Source of the DNA: Schizochytrium sp. TIO01
Lineage: Eukaryota > Protista > Bigyra: Labyrinthulomycetes
Length of the DNA stretch: 64,000 nucleotides
Direction of reading: 5' to 3'
Assembly: GCA_004764695.1 (NCBI GenBank)
Contig: SMSO01000034.1
Coordinates: 3,224,001-3,288,000 of the forward strand
Shown here: positions 22,640 to 32,178 of the stretch, piece by piece
How the letters are laid out: each line of letters starts with the position of its first letter
Numbering within the stretch: the first letter of the stretch is position 1
Notes under the pieces: model-generated
Told to the model about the DNA's origin: nothing
Seen by the model: the letters and a program-made list of their open reading frames with translations, nothing else
Databases searched by the model: none
Position numbers and translations under genes: made by a program

Positions 22640-25555
22640 TCTTTTTTGATCGTCTTATAATTTGCGTCTCTTCACTATTCAATCATCTCTTTCTTAATTT
22701 TTTTCAAGGGTTCCTTATTATTCTCATTCTTAAGTTTTGGAATGCAAGACTGCAGTTAAGTTTTCATACTTTAAAATGTATCATCATGAGAGGATTAAAA
22801 AGATGGCACTATAGCTTTGTCCACCGTCCCTTTTTTTTCTCCTTCATGCAGTCAAATTTGACAACTAGCGAGTCTTACTTGACACATCACGAAGAGTTGC
22901 TGAAAACACTAAAGAAAGGTAACATAGATTTAGAAAGAGCTTTATATTCGATGTACTTTACAATACCGCCCCCATGAGTGCGTGCCAAGTTAAAGCACTT
23001 GAGAACTATAATTTTCAAACTCCATGATGAACTTCTCCTTTTCTAAATTAATATTCTCCTTCTTAAGATGCACAATATAATGATTCATCGTCGTCAACCA
23101 TAGTTAATATATCAAATTATAGTGTTATCGTGTATAAATCCTGGGTCAATGCAGCAATGGGATTGTGAGAGAGAAATGAAAGACTCAAAGAAAGAAACGA
23201 GCGTGGTTCACATTCCATTATGGTGGATGTATGATTCTTTCTGAAGATGTAAATATGCATGCAGTTCTCAAATTCTCTAATACTTAGTATTCGCAGAACC
23301 ACGTAAACAGAAAGACTCTAGCTAGACTTATTCTATACTGCCGGAAATTTAGCTTGTATTGCTAGGGACCTTTCTAGCACTTCCCGCACTATGAAGTACC
23401 TATATGAAAGTATGATGTCGCTGCAACAGAGCACCTAAAGGTAAGTAAGTGCCACATCATTACATATAGCTCATAGATTTACAAGTATACGAGGTTCCAT
23501 CAAAATAAGGAAGTGCACATTATCTCGACTTTCCATCTTGAAATCATATCTCTTAAGTTTACTGATCTCCTTCTGACAGTTAAGAATTACCCAAATCACT
23601 GCTTACACTTTTCCAAACCCTTTGTTTTCATTTCAACCTCGCGTTTTTTGCATCCTCTTGACCTTTGGTAGAGTTGGTAGGTACCTACTGTGGAAATTTA
23701 GAGTCAAATTTACAATACATGAGCTATAACAGCAAACAGCAAAGTATCCAGACTGAGTACGTACCTTTCGAGTACTTCCCATGCACACGAGCTCACTCTT
23801 GAGACCAACAAAAGCCCATTTCCACTATTTCCCAAGGCGATGGCAGTACTTCGCTTTGATCAGCACGTGCCAGATCCATCACCTTCGCTCTTCCAATTTC
23901 CGCCACACTTGAGGACTCACTGATGAAACCAACAGAAGTACTTCTGTCTCATTCATAATTCATCATTCATCATTTAACATTCATCATCCAACATTCATCA
24001 TTCACTCGTAGAAACTAGCATGCCAGGTCAATCCACCAGCCAGGTACCTTCGCGCGATGGTACAATTCCAGAAAAGCAAGACGCCATCCACTCACTCCCA
24101 TGATCTCCACCCTCCCAAAACACGCACACAAACAGAAACCAAAATCGAGATTTCCACCCCGTGCAAAAATACCGATCGACCGCAAACCACGATCCTCATA
24201 CATACCGTGGTACCTACCCCTCCAGGGACGCTGCCACGAGGTCCCTGCGGGGCCTCTGTGGGTTCTCCGCTCCCCGTGTTCCCCAATTTTAGAGTATGGG
24301 CGCAATCCCACATCTACCAATTTCGAGGGGGCTCCGCAGGCACGAAATGGCTTTCACATTTTGAATTTCTGTTTGATTGAGTGATTTCAACTCAGTTCAA
24401 GCAAAGCAAAGCGAAGCGAAGTCTTTGTTTTTCCTCCTTTCTCTCTCAATGTGTCGAAGAAGAAGAAAGAAGAAGAAGAAAGAAGAAAGAAGAAAGAAGA
24501 GAGAAGAAAGAAGTTTTTTTGAAGGCTTTGGCTGAGAATGACAAGAATGAGGAAAGCAAAAAGTCAATTAATATAATAATTGATGCATAGAATCATCGAT
24601 CGATTGCATGGACCGGCTGGATCCATCGAGGCGCCCAAGGCAGAGAGGCGGAGGCGGGGCCACGCGAAAACGCTCCTCCGCTCTGGCCGCAAGCACGTAG
24701 CCTGAATACGCAGCGCTCGAGATCCCTCTCCATTCACTCCTGTGGCCTCAACCGCCTTTTTTAGCTATCTCAGACTGTCTATTTATTTGTTTACTTTTAT
24801 TTGTGTACTTATCTATTTGATTATTTGTTTATTTGTTTGTTTACTTATTTGTTTATTTATTTATTGGTTTATTTGTTTGTTTGTTTTTTGTTGGTTTGTC
24901 TATTTGTGTATTTGTTGATCTGTTTGTGTATTTGTTTATCTGTTTGTTGATTGACCGAAGGTATCTTTATGGATGCTTTGAGGTGACTACGCCTATGAAA
25001 TGTGCAGAATGTTTGTTGCCTTTGGATGATGACTCGTGAAGTAAGTCGACTTTACTGTATTGTTCGTCTCATGAAAGCACGTTCTTAAGGCATCGTAGCT
25101 AAATCTGACTGACACTCTTCAGAAAGAGAGGGAAGGAGAGAGAGCGCTGCGCAATCGAAGTTATTTCGCTCCTCCTCAGAGAATCTATCGTGAGTTGGTG
25201 GAATTCAAGAGTTATGAAATGGGTCAACGGAGTGAGTAAGGGATCAATCAATACACCAATTCATCCATCAACCAGTACTTCAATCAATGCATCTCAGGCT
25301 ACAGCTTCTCAGCTCTTCACTTATCTGGCAGTCTGAAGGCTTCTTCAAAGATCGACCTCCATCATTGCTCTGCCAGTTCGAGCTAACGACCCTTTCCTTC
25401 TACTCATACCTACCTACTCATTAGTACCCACCACTTTTCAGTTCTTTCTCCGTTCCTTTCTTTCCAAGAAAGAGAAGAAAGAGGAGCGAGTAAAGTGCGC
25501 CTGCTTATTACCGGCCTGTTACTGCTTAGGACTTACATAAGCTATACTAGGAATA

Positions 25556-25560
25556 CCTTC

Positions 25561-25603
<43 letters not shown>

Positions 25604-25606
25604 TTT
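25556..25606. repeat. (TTTC)n microsatellite
   Basis: Directly visible. Confidence 0.95.
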
Positions 25607-26024
25607 TGTTGCGGGGCACTTATAACGTATGCGCTTTTCAGCTTTTTATTCGATTCGATGAAAGGAGTGAATCGAAAGCACTGTTCGTGTGAGTGTTTCA
25701 TTCTTTCTCTCTGTGATTCTTCAGTTATGGTTTGGAGGTGAGCAATTTCAATATGTTCGTGATTGATGATCGATTGACTGATTTACCCATTTCATAATTA
25801 TTGGTTTTTTCTCTGTTTTTTTATTTTAGTTGAGTTAAAGACTGATTCATTGAGGATCGATGCGGATCGCGCGAACTGTCTGTAATTGGAGAGAGAGCTC
25901 TGATTGATTGACAATCAACCCAACTCGAGCGTTCGGAGGAGGATTGTGCGTACATGGATGGCGGTGGAGGATCGAGAGGGCCGAAGGAGAGATCGATGAT
26001 CGCGAGAGACCCTCAGCGAACCCG

Positions 26025-26057
26025 CAATTAATTAATTAATTAATTAATTAATTAATT
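26025..26057. repeat. (TAAT)n self-complementary microsatellite
   Basis: Directly visible. Confidence 0.95.
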
Positions 26058-26148
26058 GGCTTCGACAGCCCAGGAGCACAAGGGAATTAATTGAAGACAC
26101 GCGAACTCAGTCATTCAGGCAAACTAACTTTGCTTTCTTTGCCCTTCG

Positions 26149-26193
26149 CTTTCTTTTCTTTTCTTTTCTTTTCTTTTCTTTTCTTTTCTTTTC
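26149..26193. repeat. (TTTTC)n microsatellite
   Basis: Directly visible. Confidence 0.95.
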
Positions 26194-27199
26194 TCCTCTC
26201 TCGCTGTGCTTTTCTACTGTTCTTTCAATCGTTTACTTTGATTTAAAAGACGTTAATTGGCTTTGTTTCGATTAAGTAAGAGCTATTGAGCGACGATGAT
26301 TCATTTTATGTTTCGTACTTTTGCAGCAATGAAAGATCGTGAATGAATGAATGCTTTGACGAAGATCGAACTTTGGTGTAATGAGATACATTGAATTAGC
26401 GTGGAAAGAGGAAGGGAGGAAAGAACTGCGAGACAGATGAAGAGGTTCTCCTCTGAGGGGCCTCAGGCCTCCCTCCTCCCATTGAGGCGATGGCGGATGC
26501 GCAATTTCGAAGGCTCTTTGTTTGAAAAGATGAAATCGCGATTGCATTCCTCTTCGGCGTCATAGGTAGGTACCTACCGCACTAGCTTCAGTTCCCCCCC
26601 GCAGCGCGCCTCTCAGGCCCCTCTTCCCTCCATGGAACCGAGGTCCTTCTCCCACACCCGCCTCCTTCCCCCAACTGCCACCTAAGTGCCCAGTGCGGCC
26701 TCCTCTCAAGCTTTCCCACGACCTCGCAAATCCCCGAAGCCCCTTTTTGAAATCACGAAAGAAAAATGAAAAAAAAACAAAGAGAGAAAGCCCCGGAATT
26801 ACTAGCACCTTCATAGGCTTATCCATAAGAGGTAGTCCCGCCAGGATACGCCCGACCCGGCGGTTGATAGGATGGAGGGTATGGGGAGGGGCTGTAAGGC
26901 ATTGCATCAACGTCGAGGAGGAGCAACAGACCCTGTTTGGCCTCGGCGCCGCCGCCGTGAGCCTCCCCTCGGCCGATCCACGGCTCGTACGCGGCTTGCA
27001 AGGAGCCTACGAGGCCCCTGCGCCGCTTAAGCTTCGCGCTCGCCGCTTTTACCCGCTCCGCGCCTCGCGGTCGGCTGGCCGAACCGGCGTCACCGGTCCT
27101 GGCTGGATACGTCCTTATAAACAATAGGAGAAGAAGGCACAGCATACGATTTCCGGATTCTGCTTGGGTGAATAGGCCGGATCTTCAAGGCATTGCAAA

Positions 27200-29755
27200 A
27201 TGGCTGAAGCTCGTCAAGCAACGGACGTGTACTATGTACAGAAGCGGCACCTTCGTAGCCGTCATGAAGGGTACCTCACCTTCACAATTTCGGTGCCCAC
27301 CCTTGGCACGCTTGCGGCTCAGGGAGCTCTAGCTGCGCACCGACTCAAGTATGCGCTGCTTAACAGACTTTGGCCGGCGTCGCCTTTGACGTTGGTCTCA
27401 GTCATGTCAGGAGTGACATATATGACAGTCACTGCGAAAGGCGAATCATGGGTGCGTTCCGGATGGCTTGCAGAAGCCTTGTGGCGTGCAGATACCGTTG
27501 TGGGAAGACTCAATCCTCTCCATCAACATCTGTCTACTGAGGTCCGCGTTGGCTACCTTGCAGCCTCTGCGGCATTTGTGGGTATGCTCGGAATTGTCAC
27601 TGTCGAGCGCCTCCTTCTTCGCCTCCTCCTCAGCTGGCAAGGTTGGCTCTTCGGCACGGGTAACAAGTATGTTACCACTGCTTGGGGTGCCATGGTCAAA
27701 CTACTCACGGGCCACAAGAACCTCACGTACTCTTTCCATATGAGTCTTCCTACCCTCCCGCTTCCTAACCTCAAGGTCACTTGCCAGCGCTTCCTCGAGT
27801 CCGTTCACGCTCTCTACGACGAGGCGGAATACGCCAAGATGGAGGCTCTCGTTCGCAACTTCCTTGCGAACGAAGGCCCGCGCCTTCAGCGTTACCTTTG
27901 GCTCAAGTGGCTCACCAGCTCGAACTATGTGCTCGACTGGTGGGAGCAGTATGTCTACCTCGCTGGCCGCTCGCCTATCATGATCAACTCGAACTACTAC
28001 GTGCTCGATGGCAAGTACCGCCCGACAACGAACCAGCTGGAGCGTGCCGCTAACATTTGCAACGGTTTCCTCCGCTTCAAGGACCTCATCGAGAGTGAAA
28101 CTCTTGAGCCCATGGTTATTCGCAACTTAATTCCTCTTTGCATGTCCCAGTATCGCCGTATGTTTGGCACTAGCCGTATCCCCGGTCGCGAGTGTGATGA
28201 GCTTCAGCACGTCCCCTATGCTCGTTACTTTGTGGTATGTTGCAAGGGTCTGTACTACAAGGTGCCCTGCTACCACGGTGCCCGCGGAACCCTCCTCAAG
28301 CCTTACTCCCCCGAAGAGATTCGTGAGCAGCTTGAGATCATCGAACAGCATGCTCGCCGCGCCGTCAAGGAAATGCCTGCACCATCCAAGAGCTCATCCA
28401 ACTCACTCTATGGCCTGCGTCGTGGCAACCGAATCCAGTCTTTTGAGGATCTCGTCGTCATGGATCAGCTCCGCCAGCAGCAACGCGGCGGCCTTAGCCA
28501 CTCTGCCTCCACTACTTCTTTCCAGCAAGCCATCCACGCTCCCCAGCAAGGATCCTCCTCTAAACACCCCCGTTCTGGACGCAACATTGCGGCCTTCACC
28601 GGTGGTCCTCGTTCCCGTTGGGCTGAAGTGCGTGAGCTTTACTTTTCTGACGGCATCAACCGCAAGAGTCTCGACACCATCGAAAAGGCAGCATTCATTC
28701 TCCACCTCGAGGATGTGCAGTTCTCCAGTCTCTCCGAGAAGGCGCTCTACGCATTCTGCCAGAACCCGAGCACATGGTATGACAAGTCTATCAACCTCAT
28801 TGCCTACAAGGATGCCTATCTGACCATGAACTGCGAGCACGCCTGGGCTGATGCACCTGCCATTGCCCACCTTTGGGAGTTTGCCTTGCTTTCTGAGCTT
28901 AAAATGTACGAATCTGGAACGCACGCCAACGGCGAAAGCAACAGTAGCGCTCAGCGCAAGTCCCTCATGCCCCCTACCTTGCTCAAGTTTGCAATTGATG
29001 ACGAGCTTCAGGTTGCTATTGATCAAGCTCACGCATTCGCTAACGAATTGGCGTCTGATGTTGACCTTCGTGTCATGGAGCATCTTGAATATGGCAAGGG
29101 TCTCATCAAAAAGAAGGCCAAATGTTCGCCTGACGGATACATCCAAATGGCTCTCCAAGCTACCTACTTTGCCCTCAACGACCGCTTTGATCTTGTCTAC
29201 GAATCCAGCATGACCCGTCTCTTCCGCGGTGGCCGCACTGAAACCACTCGGTCTCTTAGTGATTCATCCGCTGCATTTGTTCGTGCGTTTACTGACTTTC
29301 GCCGCGGTGGTTCCACGACAAAGGAAGAATGTGTCAAGCTCCTGCGGATTGCTACTGAGGAGCACTCTGACCAGAACAAGCTCTGCATGGCTGGTAAGGG
29401 TATTGATCGCCACCTTTTTGCTCTTTATGTCGTCTCCCGTGGTCTTGACGTGGACTCCGAATTCCTCAAGTCTGCACTTAGCATCCCCTGGACGCTCAGT
29501 TCTAGTCAGCAGCCCCAGGAGCAGACAGATCTCCGTAAGGACCTCCCGGCAGACACCATCAAGCGCTTCGTTTCTCCCGGTGGTGGATTTGGCCCTGTCG
29601 CTGAGGCTGGCTACGGTATTAGCTACATGTTTGCATCCGAGGAACAGTTCTTCTTCCACATCAGCTCGAAGAAGTCATCCCCGGAGACTTCCTCTGAACG
29701 TTTCGGCGATGAGCTTATGCGCGTCCTCGACGAAATGTCCAAGATTTTCGACTAA
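27200..29755 (+). CDS. CPT1: Carnitine O-palmitoyltransferase 1 (851 aa)
   Basis: MAEARQA N-terminus, two TM segments, LPTLPLP, NYVLDWWEQYVYL, catalytic NCEHAWADAP, SPDGYIQMALQ, YESSMTRLFRGGRTET, GKGIDRHLF and GGGFGPVAEAGYG. Confidence 0.95.
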   Translation: MAEARQATDVYYVQKRHLRSRHEGYLTFTISVPTLGTLAAQGALAAHRLKYALLNRLWPASPLTLVSVMSGVTYMTVTAKGESWVRSGWLAEALWRADTVVGRLNPLHQHLSTEVRVGYLAASAAFVGMLGIVTVERLLLRLLLSWQGWLFGTGNKYVTTAWGAMVKLLTGHKNLTYSFHMSLPTLPLPNLKVTCQRFLESVHALYDEAEYAKMEALVRNFLANEGPRLQRYLWLKWLTSSNYVLDWWEQYVYLAGRSPIMINSNYYVLDGKYRPTTNQLERAANICNGFLRFKDLIESETLEPMVIRNLIPLCMSQYRRMFGTSRIPGRECDELQHVPYARYFVVCCKGLYYKVPCYHGARGTLLKPYSPEEIREQLEIIEQHARRAVKEMPAPSKSSSNSLYGLRRGNRIQSFEDLVVMDQLRQQQRGGLSHSASTTSFQQAIHAPQQGSSSKHPRSGRNIAAFTGGPRSRWAEVRELYFSDGINRKSLDTIEKAAFILHLEDVQFSSLSEKALYAFCQNPSTWYDKSINLIAYKDAYLTMNCEHAWADAPAIAHLWEFALLSELKMYESGTHANGESNSSAQRKSLMPPTLLKFAIDDELQVAIDQAHAFANELASDVDLRVMEHLEYGKGLIKKKAKCSPDGYIQMALQATYFALNDRFDLVYESSMTRLFRGGRTETTRSLSDSSAAFVRAFTDFRRGGSTTKEECVKLLRIATEEHSDQNKLCMAGKGIDRHLFALYVVSRGLDVDSEFLKSALSIPWTLSSSQQPQEQTDLRKDLPADTIKRFVSPGGGFGPVAEAGYGISYMFASEEQFFFHISSKKSSPETSSERFGDELMRVLDEMSKIFD

Positions 29756-31014
29756 ATTTCGCTACCGCTACCAGCTTTCCAAGATTTCCAATCTTTGTCT
29801 AGAAGACTTCACTTCCCACGTACACAATCATAAGTCAAACTTTGTTAACATTTTTGACCCTTTCCTTCAAAACAATCTCATTATTGTTCTTCCTCTTGAA
29901 ATATAGCATTATTGATGTGCTTTGATTTGAGTTTTTAACCAAATTAAAGACTAGGTATGATTAGCCTCCTACTATCGAGAATTCCATGGCATAATATGTT
30001 TGCTTCAAATCTTTGGAGAGCACTGCAGGCCTAATGTGCGCTCACTAATTTTTCCCTGTATGATTGATTACTTTAACTTTTTAGATGAAGCTTTGAGAAC
30101 ACAGCATGCGTGATATGTTCTAACAACACGACTCCGAACATGGGCTCACCAGCTCATACTATTATGAGCGTTTCCCTACTATTATTCTCTAGCGACGCTT
30201 GAAGGTATTTTAAATTGCATCAGTCGTCTATAGTGCACTTTCTTTTTCTTTTTCACGGCGAAACGTCTATCCCTAGAGTATATCATAGTTATGACTTCAT
30301 AGTCATTGACCCTATTTCCAATTTATCTTGGAATGTATGGGTCTTTCAACTTCATAACCAAAAGGCTTCCGCCCGGTGGCCATCTTAAACAGTGATGTGT
30401 CATTATTTAGCCAAGGCTTTCACCAAAGCTGATTGCAAGGAGTCCAACACACAGCTGGTTCCACTTGCTGAAAACCACTCAGCAGCAATCGTGTCCTTTC
30501 ATTTGTTCGCCTCATAAACTTTATTTGATTCTATTTATAAGAAGACTAAGTACTTAAAGGGACCCTTGTCAACTGTCCTCGCCGTTTCTTCCCCCAGCAA
30601 AGACCATCCTGTTATACATGCTCGCTTGAGCTCGGGCCTGCTCAAGGCTGCAAGCAAAGAAAGAGCTTGCGAGGCAGACGGGATTGCAGCAAAGGCTTGA
30701 TACAACGGGTGGCAGTCGAAGAGGCAGCCAGGGAGCGTGTTGCAGGTGACTGGACTGGGACTTGTCCGGGATAGGTGACAAAGTGGCGACTGAAGCACGA
30801 TTGCACCACCACACCAAGGGCCACCTCTGACTTCAAGCGATAGAGCTCACAATAAATCAGAATAAATCGGGACCTCGATCTCAGACGTAGCAGAGACCAA
30901 ATAAAAGGTTGCGTCTGCTGAGTGCTCAGTGGCAGAGGTCTTTGCTTGCAGGATTAGCTCACACAGCAGCACAGACAAAACAACGATCAATCACAACGCA
31001 GAACATATAGTAGG

Positions 31015-32178
31015 ATGAGCTCACAAGCTTGCCTGTATGGCGTCCTTGGCGTGGAGGTCTCCGCCACACCTACTGAGATCAGGAAGGCCTACCGCACACT
31101 TGCACGCCGTTATCATCCAGACAAGAACGTTTTGGCCGGGAATCCTCAGAGTGAGGATGTTGCGCAGGTCCAGGACATGTTCTCACTCGTGGCAAGAGCG
31201 TACGAAGTTCTCATCGACCCAACTAAACGAGTAGCCTACGACATGTTGAATGGCCACGTTGATTCTGGCGACGTAAGTATGAAAACCCCATTCATTCCTT
31301 TTAAAAGGCACAACCAGCCACGCAAACTGATCTCACTAACCTAGATGTTTGAAACCGCACTCACCACAGACACACTATGCTGAGCTTGGACAAATGAAGA
31401 AAAAAGATGCAGAACAAGCAGTGGAGCTAATGCGCGTAAGTTTTACCTTAATTTGAAAAAGCTAGCGGGCTCTAATCAAAACTAACTCCGTGAGCAAAAC
31501 ATATTCACCCAAATTTGATATTCGATATTACAGCTCACTTTCGACATTAAACGCCGGACCGAGCTAAGCCGGGGAGGATTAGTTATTGACGATGCAGTCT
31601 ACGGCGCACGCGACATTATTGAAACAAACCGCTTGGAAGACCTTGCCACATCAAAATGGGTTCAGAATGTCACACGTCAACTGCAGTGCGCTGTTGAAAA
31701 ATCCAAGCTGGTTATCCCCGGCAATGAACCTAAACACTATCTTATCCCCGGCTTATACGACGCAGCTCCAGGCGAGGAAAAGCTGTTATGGGTGCGATAC
31801 TATTTTCGTGGAAAAATTCACCAAGTTGTTGTTCAAGATGAGCAGCGGCTACTCATGCCTCTCAAGTCACATTGTATCCAGAAATTTGCAAAGAAACAAT
31901 CCAAAATTAAGAAACTAATCCAACAAACGCAAAATGAAGAATCCGCAGACACCGCGATCACAAGCAAGAAGCGTAGCAGTAAACTCACGGGAGGGCTTAT
32001 TGCATTGCTTATTGCTCTCTCGACAAGCGGTGTTGCCTACGGCGTTGCGCATTTGGTGATGAACAAGAATGACACGGAATTTATGCAAAACATCATGCAA
32101 GGATTCATTAAAAGTCCTGGTTCTTCCTTTCATAATTTTATGCAAGCCATCTCAAGGCGTGCAAAATTTATCTCCTGA
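31015..32178 (+). CDS. J-domain protein fused to a DNAJC11-type C-terminal domain plus a C-terminal TM segment, ~322 aa; exons 31015-31272, 31370-31435, 31534-32178
   Basis: J-domain with HPD. Phase-0 GTAAG..CAG introns 31273-31369 (97 nt) and 31436-31533 (98 nt), each containing CTAAC, keep the frame open. AEQAVELMR, GGLVIDDAVYG, VTRQLQCAVEKSKL and IPGLYDAAPGEEKLLWVRYYFRGKIHQV match the DNAJC11 C-terminal domain. Confidence 0.85.

Noticed and set aside
9167-29906. Long antisense or alternate-frame ORFs (e.g. 9167-9988, 28164-28823, 28403-29158, 29229-29906)
   Set aside because: Shadows of codon-biased real genes (PHD protein, CPT1).
1096-32178. Apparent cluster of mitochondrial outer-membrane genes (NCA2-like, CPT1, DNAJC11-like)
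   Set aside because: They are spread over 31 kb among unrelated genes; chance is sufficient without synteny or co-expression data.
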